Assembly (NCBI GenBank): GCA_903916555.1
Contig: CAIWXG010000365.1
Coordinates: 1 to 56,886, forward strand
From: an uncultured Bacteroidota bacterium
Lineage (GTDB): Bacteria; Bacteroidota; Bacteroidia; Chitinophagales; Chitinophagaceae
Direction: 5' to 3'
DNA: 56,886 nt
Shown: positions 8,875 through 17,359 of the stretch, one piece after another
How the letters are laid out: each line of letters starts with the position of its first letter
Position numbering within the stretch: the stretch's first letter is position 1
Position numbers and translations under genes: made by a program
Notes under the pieces: generated by a model
The model's database searches: none
What the model saw: only the letters and a program-made list of their open reading frames with translations
Told to the model about the DNA's origin: nothing

Positions 8875-11800
8875 AAATGACACTTGATAAAAAAATAGTA
8901 ATAGGATTTATTGCTTGTGCCTTAATACTTTTGGGGATTGCAATTTTTTCTTTTAAAAACAGTGAAAAGTTTATCACCTCAAATGCCTGGGTAGATCATA
9001 CCAATCAGGTTTTATATGAATTTGAACAAATTCTCGTTTCTTCCATTGATGCCGAAACAGGCGTAAGGGGTTTTGTCATTTCAGATGATGAAAATTCGCT
9101 GCAACCTTTTTCAAATGCCAATACCAGAGCTGTTGAGCATCTTGATAAGGTGAGGGAATTAACCAAGGATAATCCCAATCAGCAAAGGAACATTGAGGAA
9201 CTTGATGAGAAAATAAAAATGCGTTTTAATAATTTAAACAAAGTTATAGATATTCGCAAAAAGGATTTTGAAAAAGCCCGAGTGCTAGTTGGTTCAGGAG
9301 AAGGAAAACGAATTGAAGACGAAATAAGAAAAATAATTGAGAGAGCCCAAGCAATTGAGCATATTCTACTTGCAGAAAGAAAACAAGCAAGTGAAGATGA
9401 TGCTAAAAATTTCAATAATGTTTTTGTTATTTTATTGCTGATTATAATTGCCATACTTATTATTGTTTATATTATAGTTACTTCAAATTTACGAGCATTA
9501 AAAAGAGCGGAAGCGGAAACTGCCGGTAAAAACTGGCTGCTTACAGGTAGCACCGAACTCAATGAAATATTAAAAGGAGACCAAAGTTTAGAAGATTTGG
9601 CAAACAATACAATAAGTTTTTTATGCAATTACCTGAAAGCATGCATTGGTGCAATTTATCAGATGAATGAAAATGACAAAACGTTATTTCTCAGCGGACA
9701 ATATGCTTTTACATCTACTAAAGACATTAAAGAAAAATTCTCTTTAAACGAAGGATTGATTGGCCAGGCAGCACGCGAAAAAAAACAAATTTCATTAACA
9801 GATATAACCGAAGAACACATTCTCATTACTTCTTCCATAATGAATGCGAAACCAAAGCATTTACTTGTTACACCTTTTTTGTTTGAAGGGAAAACTTTGG
9901 GCGTAATAGAAATAGGCAGCCTAACTAATTTCAACAAAACAGAAAAAGAATTCATTACTACTTCAATGGTCAGTATTGCTATATGTATAAATTCAGCCAT
10001 TGCCCGAAAGCGGATACAGGAATTGCTGATAGAAGCACAAGTTCAGAGTGAAGAGCTTCAAGCACAGCAGGAAGAGCTGAAACAAATGAATGAAGAGTTG
10101 GAAGAGCAGGCGCAACATCTAAAACAGCAGCAGGAGGAATTAGAAATGACCAATGAAGAACTAGAAGAACAAACCCAATCGTTGGAAGAAAAAAACAAAG
10201 AAGTTGAAGCTTCAAAAAATGATATTGAACAAAAAACAAAACAACTTGAAATAAGCAGTAAATATAAATCGGAATTCCTTGCAAACATGTCGCATGAGCT
10301 AAGAACACCGCTTAATAGCTTGCTTATACTGTCAAAAGATTTAGCCGAAAATAGAAAAAAAAATCTGGATAAAATTCAGGTTGAAAGTGCAGAAATAATT
10401 TATAAGAGTGGTCATGATCTGCTTGTATTGATTAATGAAGTGCTTGACCTCTCTAAGATTGAAGCAGGAAAAATGTCGATAAATATTGAAAATGTTTCAC
10501 TGAAAAATTTTACAGATGACCTGATGCGCGATTTCAAACATCAAGCTGAACAAAAAGGATTAAGACTTACATGCAAATTGAATAGAGGGTTACCCGAATT
10601 TATCCGAACTGATTCGCAGCGTTTGATTCAGGTATTGAAAAATCTTTTATCCAACGCAATAAAATTTACTGAAAAAGGAAGTGTAGGTATAAGTATTGAT
10701 AACTTTAATGAAAGTTCAATAATTATTACTGTTACTGATACAGGTATTGGTATTGTGGAAGACAAACAAATGGCCATATTTGAGGCTTTTCAGCAGGCTG
10801 AAGGAGGTACATCAAGAAAATTTGGTGGTACAGGTTTAGGACTTTCTATTTCACGCGAGCTCGCAAAATTACTAGGAGCCGAAATTAAGTTGAGCAGTAA
10901 ATTAAATGAAGGATCTGTTTTTTCTCTAATTATTCCGCTGAAAATAATTAATGTACAGGAAACTAATGAAATAAATGCATTGGAAGAATCTGTTGCTTAT
11001 AAACCAAGTTCTGAAAAGGATATAAAATATCTTAATTACCCTGGCATAGTTGATGATAGGATTACAATTAATAATGATGACAAAGTAGTTCTTGTTATTG
11101 AAGACGATTTGAAATTTGCTTCTATTCTCTTAAAACAAGCCAACAATAAGGGATTTAAATGTTTGGCTGCTTCAAGCGGGGAAGATGGTTTATTGCTTGC
11201 CACAAAATATAAACCTAAGGCAATTATTCTTGATATGGGGTTGCCCGGCATAAACGGACATAGTGTATTGCATGAATTAAAAGCAAATCCATTACTAAGG
11301 CATATCCCTGTGCATATTATTTCGGCAAATGAACGTTCGCTGGAACCGATCAAAGAAGGTGCAGTAGAGTTCCTCATGAAACCCATAGACAAAAAAGATA
11401 TGGAAGAAACATTTACACGAATTGAAAATTTTATAAGCAGAAAAATAAAGAATCTGTTGATCATTGAAGACAGTGAAAACTCCAGAAAAGCAATGCGCAT
11501 TCTTATTGGGAACGGTGATGTAAAATGTTTTGAAGCATGTACCGGCAAAGATGCTTTGATAATTTACCAACAGAATCATATTGATTGTATTATAATTGAT
11601 ATTGGTTTGCCCGACATGAACGGGTTTGAGCTTATTCATAAACTGGAAAATATAAAAAGCAACAATATTCCTCCAATAATTGTTTACACAGGTAAGGAGC
11701 TTACAAAAGAAGAAAACAATGAACTTCAGAAATATGCAGAGAGTATTATAATTAAAGGGGTAAAATCCGAAGAGCGATTACTGGATGAAACAGCACTTTT

Positions 11801-12251
11801 CTTACACAGAACGATAAGTAATTTGCCTAAATCCAAACAATTGATCATAAATAATTTGCATGACAAAGAAATAGTATTTCATTCTAAAAAAATATTATTG
11901 GTTGATGATGATATGCGAAATGTATTTGCATTGTCAAAAATTTTAAAAGAACGCGGAATGGAAGTAATAAAAGCAGACAATGGGAAAAATGCATTGGATT
12001 TGTTGAATATACATTCTGATATTGATCTGGTATTAATGGATATAATGATGCCTGAAATGGACGGTTATGAGGCTATGCGGTGCATACGATTACAAGCAAA
12101 GTTTAAGAGTTTACCTGTAATTGCGCTTACAGCAAAAGCTATGAAAGATGATAAGCAAAAATGCATTGATGCGGGTGCTAATGATTATATCACAAAACCA
12201 ATTGATATAGAACGGCTTCTATCATTGATGCGAGTATGGTTGAGTAAATAG
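8871..12251 (+). CDS. Hybrid sensor histidine kinase: TM-CHASE3-TM, GAF, Q/E-rich coiled coil, HisKA, HATPase_c and three receiver domains
   Basis: TM helices at about aa 8-28 and 184-205 flank a CHASE3-like segment. H-box FLANMSHELRTPLNS; G-boxes DTGIGI and GGTGLGLSI. Three receivers carry ILDMGLPGING, IIDIGLPDMNG and LMDIMMPEMDG. Confidence 0.9.
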   Translation: MKMTLDKKIVIGFIACALILLGIAIFSFKNSEKFITSNAWVDHTNQVLYEFEQILVSSIDAETGVRGFVISDDENSLQPFSNANTRAVEHLDKVRELTKDNPNQQRNIEELDEKIKMRFNNLNKVIDIRKKDFEKARVLVGSGEGKRIEDEIRKIIERAQAIEHILLAERKQASEDDAKNFNNVFVILLLIIIAILIIVYIIVTSNLRALKRAEAETAGKNWLLTGSTELNEILKGDQSLEDLANNTISFLCNYLKACIGAIYQMNENDKTLFLSGQYAFTSTKDIKEKFSLNEGLIGQAAREKKQISLTDITEEHILITSSIMNAKPKHLLVTPFLFEGKTLGVIEIGSLTNFNKTEKEFITTSMVSIAICINSAIARKRIQELLIEAQVQSEELQAQQEELKQMNEELEEQAQHLKQQQEELEMTNEELEEQTQSLEEKNKEVEASKNDIEQKTKQLEISSKYKSEFLANMSHELRTPLNSLLILSKDLAENRKKNLDKIQVESAEIIYKSGHDLLVLINEVLDLSKIEAGKMSINIENVSLKNFTDDLMRDFKHQAEQKGLRLTCKLNRGLPEFIRTDSQRLIQVLKNLLSNAIKFTEKGSVGISIDNFNESSIIITVTDTGIGIVEDKQMAIFEAFQQAEGGTSRKFGGTGLGLSISRELAKLLGAEIKLSSKLNEGSVFSLIIPLKIINVQETNEINALEESVAYKPSSEKDIKYLNYPGIVDDRITINNDDKVVLVIEDDLKFASILLKQANNKGFKCLAASSGEDGLLLATKYKPKAIILDMGLPGINGHSVLHELKANPLLRHIPVHIISANERSLEPIKEGAVEFLMKPIDKKDMEETFTRIENFISRKIKNLLIIEDSENSRKAMRILIGNGDVKCFEACTGKDALIIYQQNHIDCIIIDIGLPDMNGFELIHKLENIKSNNIPPIIVYTGKELTKEENNELQKYAESIIIKGVKSEERLLDETALFLHRTISNLPKSKQLIINNLHDKEIVFHSKKILLVDDDMRNVFALSKILKERGMEVIKADNGKNALDLLNIHSDIDLVLMDIMMPEMDGYEAMRCIRLQAKFKSLPVIALTAKAMKDDKQKCIDAGANDYITKPIDIERLLSLMRVWLSK

Positions 12252-12325
12252 AAGGTGTGGTAATAAAGTTATAACTTATAAAGCTTAAAGTTGATTAACT
12301 TTTGCCAATTATACCATTTTTTATT

Positions 12326-12364
12326 ACAAATACTAATACCAAAACATAGTATTTGTTTTATTTT
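12326..12364 (+). terminator. Putative intrinsic terminator between the two kinase genes
   Basis: ACAAATACT (12326-12334) / 13-nt loop / AGTATTTGT (12348-12356), then TTTATTTT. The stem is AT-rich, so this is only moderately convincing. Confidence 0.45.
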
Positions 12365-12393
12365 CAAATTTTAAACTTTATAATTTAATTATA

Positions 12394-14070
12394 ATGAAAT
12401 CAATTAGCCAGGTTAAAATTTTAATGGTAGACGATAGAGCAGAAAATTTATTTGCTTTAGAAGTAATTCTTTCCAATCAAGATTATCTATGTGTGAAAGC
12501 ATGTTCAGGCAATGAAGCATTGAAAATTCTTCTGCACCAACAAGATTTTGCTATCATTTTAATGGACGTGCAAATGCCTGAAATGGATGGATTTGAAACA
12601 GCTGAATTAATTCGCGAAATAGACAAACTTAAACTTGTGCCGATTATATTTTTAACTGCCAGCATGGATAGTTCTGTGCATATTTTCAAGGGATATAGGG
12701 CTGGAGCAGTTGATTATATGATTAAACCATTTTCTACGGAAATATTAAAAGCAAAAGTTGCTGTTTTTGTAGATCTCTATAAAAAAAATCATGAATTATT
12801 AGTTCAGGCAGAACAAATGAGATCGCTTAACAGCAATATTACCGAGCGTATAAGATATGAAAATGAATTGATTGAAGCAAAAAGTAAGGCAGAATGCGCA
12901 ACAAAAATAGCTGAAGATGCGGTGAAAGCGAAACAACAATTTTTGAGTAACATGAGCCATGAAATCCGCACACCAATGAATGCTATTATCGGATTTACAA
13001 AAGTGGTGCTAAAAACAGAGCTATCTGCAAAACAAACAGAATATTTAACAGCTATAAAAATAAGCGGTGATACGTTAATTGTGCTTATTAACGACATTCT
13101 TGATCTTGCAAAAGTAGATGCAGGGAAAATGACATTTGAGAAGACGCCCTTTAAAATGGCTTTATCCATATCTGCAATGCTTCATTTGTTTGAAACAAAA
13201 ATTCAGGAAAAGAATTTAGAGTTGGTGAAAAATTACGACAACAACATTCCTGAAGTGCTGATTGGCGACCCTGTGCGTTTACACCAGATTATTTTAAATT
13301 TGGTAAGTAATGCTGTAAAATTTACTGCAAAAGGAAAAATTACAGTAAGTGTTAGATTACTGAATGAAGACAAAGAGAAGGCAACCATTGAATTTGCAGT
13401 TTCGGATACCGGAATTGGAATACCGGAAAATAGAATAGGCAATATTTTCGAAAACTTTCAACAGGCAACAAGCGGCACTGCGAGGCTGTTTGGTGGAACA
13501 GGATTAGGACTTGCCATTGCTAAACAATTAGTTGAACCGCAGGGTGGAAGCATTAGTGTGCAAAGTAAAATTGAAGTAGGTTCAACTTTTAGTTTCCAAT
13601 TAAGTTTCCAAAAAACAAATGATGAAACTGAATTAGAAACAAGAATAGTTGAACTGGATACGGAAATTAATAACATAAAAGTATTAGTGGTTGAAGATAT
13701 TGCGATCAATCAATTGTTGATGAAAACACTATTGGACGATTTCGGATTTGAATTTGATATTGCCGACAATGGAGAAATAGCCATAGAAAAACTCCAAACT
13801 AAATTGTATGATATTATTTTGATGGACTTGCAGATGCCCGTAATGAATGGGTTTGAAGCTACCGAATACATTCGTTATACCATGAATTCTAAAATCCCTA
13901 TCATCGCATTAACTGCTGATGTAACAACAGTTGATTTAGCAAAATGCAAAGCTGTTGGTATGAATGATTATATCGCAAAACCAATTGATGAAAGAGTATT
14001 GTACAGTAAAATAGCCGGATTAGTGAAGAAACCTGTACTTATAAAAGATAATGAAATTAATATTCTATAA
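12394..14070 (+). CDS. Hybrid histidine kinase with REC-coil-HisKA-HATPase_c-REC architecture
   Basis: N-terminal receiver (ILMDVQMPEMDG); H-box FLSNMSHEIRTPMNAI; DTGIGI and GGTGLGLAI boxes; C-terminal receiver (ILMDLQMPVMNG). Confidence 0.9.
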   Translation: MKSISQVKILMVDDRAENLFALEVILSNQDYLCVKACSGNEALKILLHQQDFAIILMDVQMPEMDGFETAELIREIDKLKLVPIIFLTASMDSSVHIFKGYRAGAVDYMIKPFSTEILKAKVAVFVDLYKKNHELLVQAEQMRSLNSNITERIRYENELIEAKSKAECATKIAEDAVKAKQQFLSNMSHEIRTPMNAIIGFTKVVLKTELSAKQTEYLTAIKISGDTLIVLINDILDLAKVDAGKMTFEKTPFKMALSISAMLHLFETKIQEKNLELVKNYDNNIPEVLIGDPVRLHQIILNLVSNAVKFTAKGKITVSVRLLNEDKEKATIEFAVSDTGIGIPENRIGNIFENFQQATSGTARLFGGTGLGLAIAKQLVEPQGGSISVQSKIEVGSTFSFQLSFQKTNDETELETRIVELDTEINNIKVLVVEDIAINQLLMKTLLDDFGFEFDIADNGEIAIEKLQTKLYDIILMDLQMPVMNGFEATEYIRYTMNSKIPIIALTADVTTVDLAKCKAVGMNDYIAKPIDERVLYSKIAGLVKKPVLIKDNEINIL

Positions 14071-14433
14071 CCTCCGAGATTCTATGTTAACCACCACAAA
14101 CAATTAGTTCTACCAGAGTAAGAAAAAGATTTATTTATTCGTGGTATACAACCTCGACCGAAAAAGCTATTTGTTGGTAAATAGAGCAACCCGGAAGGTT
14201 GGTTGAGTTTGAAAACCTGGTTTTGACTACTTATTGTATGGTTGTACAGTAATACCAATTAGAAATTAAAATTGGTTTGAAAAATTTATATTAGATAGCC
14301 CTCATATGCTCGTACAGGAGAGGGCTTAATATTATAGCATAGTGCATTCCCCTATGTCAGCAGAGATTACATACTATTTTTAATATCTAAATGGTATAAA
14401 TACCTACAATGAAAAAGAATAATTTTTATAAAC

Positions 14434-14460
14434 TAAAAAAGCAATCTCATAGAGATTGCT
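14434..14460 (-). terminator. Rho-independent terminator of rpsT
   Basis: On the minus strand: AGCAATCT / CTATG / AGATTGCT, followed by TTTTTT. It lies 35 nt downstream of the rpsT stop. Confidence 0.6.
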
Positions 14461-14494
14461 CAAATAAATAGTATATAATTATATAAAGAAAATA

Positions 14495-14749
14495 TTATAC
14501 TAAAGCATTAATCTTTTTTACGATACCTGATTTTAAATTACCGGCTTTATTTTTATGTATTACATTTCTTTTAGCCAATTTATCTATCATTGATATAACA
14601 TTATCTAATTTCTCTTGTGCTTCAGCTTTATTTTCAATAGCTAATAATGTACGAATTGCGTTACGTGTTGTTCTGCCATAATAACGGTTTCGCTCACGGC
14701 GTGTTTCGCTCTGACGGACATCTTTTTTGGTAGCTTTATGATTTGCCAT
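14495..14749 (-). CDS. rpsT: 30S ribosomal protein S20
   Basis: MANHKATKKDVRQSETRRERNRYYGRTTRNAIR... The tracked ORF extends upstream from a TTG; the ATG at 14749 gives the canonical 84-aa protein. Confidence 0.95.
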   Translation of the reverse strand: MANHKATKKDVRQSETRRERNRYYGRTTRNAIRTLLAIENKAEAQEKLDNVISMIDKLAKRNVIHKNKAGNLKSGIVKKINALV

Positions 14750-14772
14750 TAATTTACTTTTTTTAAGGACTG

Positions 14773-14803
14773 CAAAGGTATATAAATATTTCCATCCAAC
14801 AAA
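14773..14803 (-). promoter_or_regulatory. Bacteroidota-type promoter for rpsT (-33 TTTG / -7 TAnnTTTG)
   Basis: The minus strand reads TTTG, a 19-nt spacer, then TAccTTTG, ending 23 nt before the ATG. This matches the published Bacteroides -33/-7 consensus. Confidence 0.5.
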
Positions 14804-15021
14804 AATATTTTTTTTTATTGGATTCTGTTGCAAAGTTATATTTTATTGATATAAAAACGACAAATTTATTTTTTACAATACTGTGTTTGACCAATTTTTT
14901 TGTTTCTGTAATAAATTTTGATTAAATACTTTATTTAACAACAAAGAACATGAAGTAAATGACAAAGAACATTACTTTTGCTTATTACTTTTACTAATAA
15001 ATTACATAAAAAATAATTAAT

Positions 15022-16032
15022 ATGGAATTATATCTTGATTCAGCAAATATTAAAGAAATAGAAGAAGGCTTTAAATTAGGTTTTCTTACAGGTTTAACTA
15101 CCACACCTACCTTTATGCAACGCGAAGGCATAACAGACATAGACGGTATGATAGTAAGGCTATCTAAAATAGCACCTATTTTACAAATTGAAGCTCTTGG
15201 CAATACTGCAGAAGATGTTGTAAAAGAAGCACGCCGTCAATTAGATTTAGGTCTTGACCCTAAGTGTACTGTTTTTAAAATTCCGGTTTCTTTAGAAGGT
15301 GTGCGTGCTTGTAATTTATTACGCAAAGAAGGCTTGTTGGTAAATGTACATTTAGTATATACACTGCAACAGGCTTATATGGCTATGCAAGCAGGTGCTA
15401 CTTATGTTTGTCCATTGGTAGGGCGTTTGCAAGACCAAGGGCATGATGCATTAGCATTAGTAGAGCAATGTGTTAATGCAGTAAATTATTATGGTTATAA
15501 CACAAAAATTATGTTTAGCTCTGTACGTAATTCCGAACATGTGCGTAATGCTATTAATTTAGGTGTGCATACCATTACTGTACCTCTTAAAATACTAAAA
15601 GGCTTAACAGACAATAATTTTACAACTTTAGGCACAGAACAATTCTTGAGCGATACCCGCTTAATGACTGTTAGAGTAAAGGATGCAATTAATAATATTA
15701 ATCCTATTGTAAATGCAGCAACTAATATTAAAGATGCTATTGTAAAAATGACAGAGTATGGTTTTGGTTCTATTACTGTAATTAATACTGACGGCAGCCT
15801 AAAGGGAGTATTTACAGATGGTGATTTGCGTAGGTTAATACAAAAAGGCGGCGATATATTGAATTCTAATCTTAATGACCATGAATTTAAAACACCTGTA
15901 AGTATTGATGCCAATGCATTATTAAATGAGGCATCGGTTATATTTAAGAAAACAAATGTAGATACTATATTAGTAACCGAGAATGGATTACCTGTTGGTA
16001 TGTTAGATATTCAAGATTTAAAAAATGATTAG
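15022..16032 (+). CDS. Transaldolase / fructose-6-phosphate aldolase (Fsa/TalC-type) domain fused to a C-terminal CBS pair
   Basis: MELYLDSANIKEIEE...GLTTTP...TVFKIPVS (Schiff-base Lys context) over about aa 1-215. Then GSITVINTDGSLKGVFTDGDLRRLI...VDTILVTENGLPVGMLDIQDL, a CBS pair like that of KpsF/GutQ. Confidence 0.8.
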   Translation: MELYLDSANIKEIEEGFKLGFLTGLTTTPTFMQREGITDIDGMIVRLSKIAPILQIEALGNTAEDVVKEARRQLDLGLDPKCTVFKIPVSLEGVRACNLLRKEGLLVNVHLVYTLQQAYMAMQAGATYVCPLVGRLQDQGHDALALVEQCVNAVNYYGYNTKIMFSSVRNSEHVRNAINLGVHTITVPLKILKGLTDNNFTTLGTEQFLSDTRLMTVRVKDAINNINPIVNAATNIKDAIVKMTEYGFGSITVINTDGSLKGVFTDGDLRRLIQKGGDILNSNLNDHEFKTPVSIDANALLNEASVIFKKTNVDTILVTENGLPVGMLDIQDLKND

Positions 16033-16089
16033 TATAGATTGTTTATTGATGTTTTGAATAGTCCTGAAATAGGTTGACAGTTTTAAATG

Positions 16090-16125
16090 ATCCCGGTTGC
16101 CTCCATTAGCCGGGATTTTTGTTTG
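16090..16125 (+). terminator. Rho-independent terminator of the transaldolase-CBS gene
   Basis: ATCCCGG (16090-16096) / 13-nt loop / CCGGGAT (16110-16116), followed by TTTTTGTTTG. Confidence 0.65.
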
Positions 16126-16171
16126 TGTACTTGCTGAGGTATTTTCATTTGCAAAAATAAATGTGGTCGTC

Positions 16172-16231
16172 TATTATTGTTGAAATAATAAAAGCCTCCA
16201 ATTGGAGGCTTTTATTATTTCAACAATAATA
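16172..16231. repeat. Perfect 60-bp palindrome (28-bp arms around AATT) with a GC-rich terminator-like core
   Basis: TATTATTGTTGAAATAATAAAAGCCTCC AATT GGAGGCTTTTATTATTTCAACAATAATA. I checked the reverse complement base by base with no mismatch. It ends 7 nt from the stop of the Cys/His-rich gene. Confidence 0.95.
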
Positions 16232-16238
16232 ATAATAT

Positions 16239-16919
16239 TTATTTGCTATAGCAATAGTTGTTAGTACCTGTACCTTCGCATTTAGGGCATACTATATACC
16301 ATTTGCCGTTTCCGCTGCAAATATTACAATCTGCATACTTTAAAACACGACCTTCGCCCATACATTTTTTACAAACAATTTCTTCTTTGTAGTGGCAAGT
16401 ACCGCAATTGTCGTGATGACTGTCGCAAGAATAATGAGTGCCACATGCATGATGACTACCGCAGCTTTCAAAATGATTACCGCAATCAGAATGATGGTCG
16501 CAGTCATTATGTTTATGAGCTACTCCTGCACCTTTTACTTTTACTTTTATATGGTTAGTTACATACTTTACTTTGCAATCATTGCAACGTTTTACATAAG
16601 TAACAGCATGCTCTTCGCAACATCTTGAATGCCAACCATCAAAATCGCAATCATCATGCCAATAATGGTCGCAATGTTCTGCCCAACCATGATGGTTGTA
16701 AGAAGAATAGTAATAGCAATCAGCATCACTACACATCATTCTGTGCTCTTCATCTGCTATAGAGCAAGAATTACCACAATGTTTCTTTTCGTTACAACTA
16801 GAATTTGAATGACATTTAACTGCTTTTTTGCATTGGGCAAAAGTACTGTTAAATAAGCCTGATACCATTGTGAACAAGAAAATGGCAATCAGTGATAAAA
16901 TTTTTACATTTTGCTTCAT
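16239..16919 (-). CDS. Secreted Cys/His-rich protein with a C-terminal DnaJ-type (CxxCxGxG) zinc-finger module
   Basis: Signal peptide (IAIFLFTMVSGLFNSTFAQ). 27 Cys and 22 His in 226 aa. Repeated C(G/D)xH(H) units (DCGNHFESCGSHHACGTHYSCDSHHDNCGTCH). C-terminus CKKCMGEG...CNICSGNG...CPKCEGTG. Confidence 0.75.
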   Translation of the reverse strand: MKQNVKILSLIAIFLFTMVSGLFNSTFAQCKKAVKCHSNSSCNEKKHCGNSCSIADEEHRMMCSDADCYYYSSYNHHGWAEHCDHYWHDDCDFDGWHSRCCEEHAVTYVKRCNDCKVKYVTNHIKVKVKGAGVAHKHNDCDHHSDCGNHFESCGSHHACGTHYSCDSHHDNCGTCHYKEEIVCKKCMGEGRVLKYADCNICSGNGKWYIVCPKCEGTGTNNYCYSK

Positions 16920-17308
16920 AAGTTTAATATTTAGTTTTATATTTTGAGATTAAAAATAGACAGAATTTTTATTGTTACAAAGGTTTTTTATAAGTATTAA
17001 TTTAAAATATATAAAAATAATTTAATGCTATCAAAAATAATTATAAAATACTATTGATTTTTTTTAAAAAATAATAAATCAATAGTATATATCTAATTGA
17101 TTATTAATTATTTAACCCAGATAGCAATTTTAATATGATTAATATTTGAATGTTTTATTCTTTTGGAGTTTTTTTTGAATTTCAGAATGTATTCGGTCGT
17201 CATTTAGCTTTATTGGGTACGGGTTGTTAATTTTTGTTTCATGTATATTAAGTACAACAGGTAGTGTATAATAAAATAAAGGCAAAAATTTATTATATAA
17301 AATAAGTA

Positions 17309-17335
17309 AGGGACTGTCTTTTTAAAACAGTCCCT
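17309..17335 (-). terminator. Rho-independent terminator of the 17360..18562 gene
   Basis: AGGGACTGT / 9-nt loop / ACAGTCCCT, 25 nt downstream of the stop, followed by a T-rich tract on the minus strand. Confidence 0.6.
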
Positions 17336-17359
17336 TTATTTATATTAAAAAAATATAAG

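Noticed and set aside
9979-10308. Antisense ORFs (109 and 76 aa) across the kinase coiled-coil region
   Set aside because: They are by-products of the GAA/CAG-rich heptad coding repeat. The sense frame is an unambiguous histidine kinase.
14191-14198. CCGGAAGG resembling the conserved SRP RNA domain IV core
   Set aside because: The flanking sequence does not form the symmetric/asymmetric loop helix or contain the GGAA/AGCA context expected of 4.5S RNA. It is only an octamer match.
16392-16406. CGTCH in the Cys/His-rich protein read as a c-type haem attachment site
   Set aside because: It is embedded in a run of CxxC/CxH metal-binding units and forms the first CxxC of the DnaJ-like zinc-finger module. 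In a protein that is 12 percent Cys, a chance CXXCH is expected. It remains formally possible.
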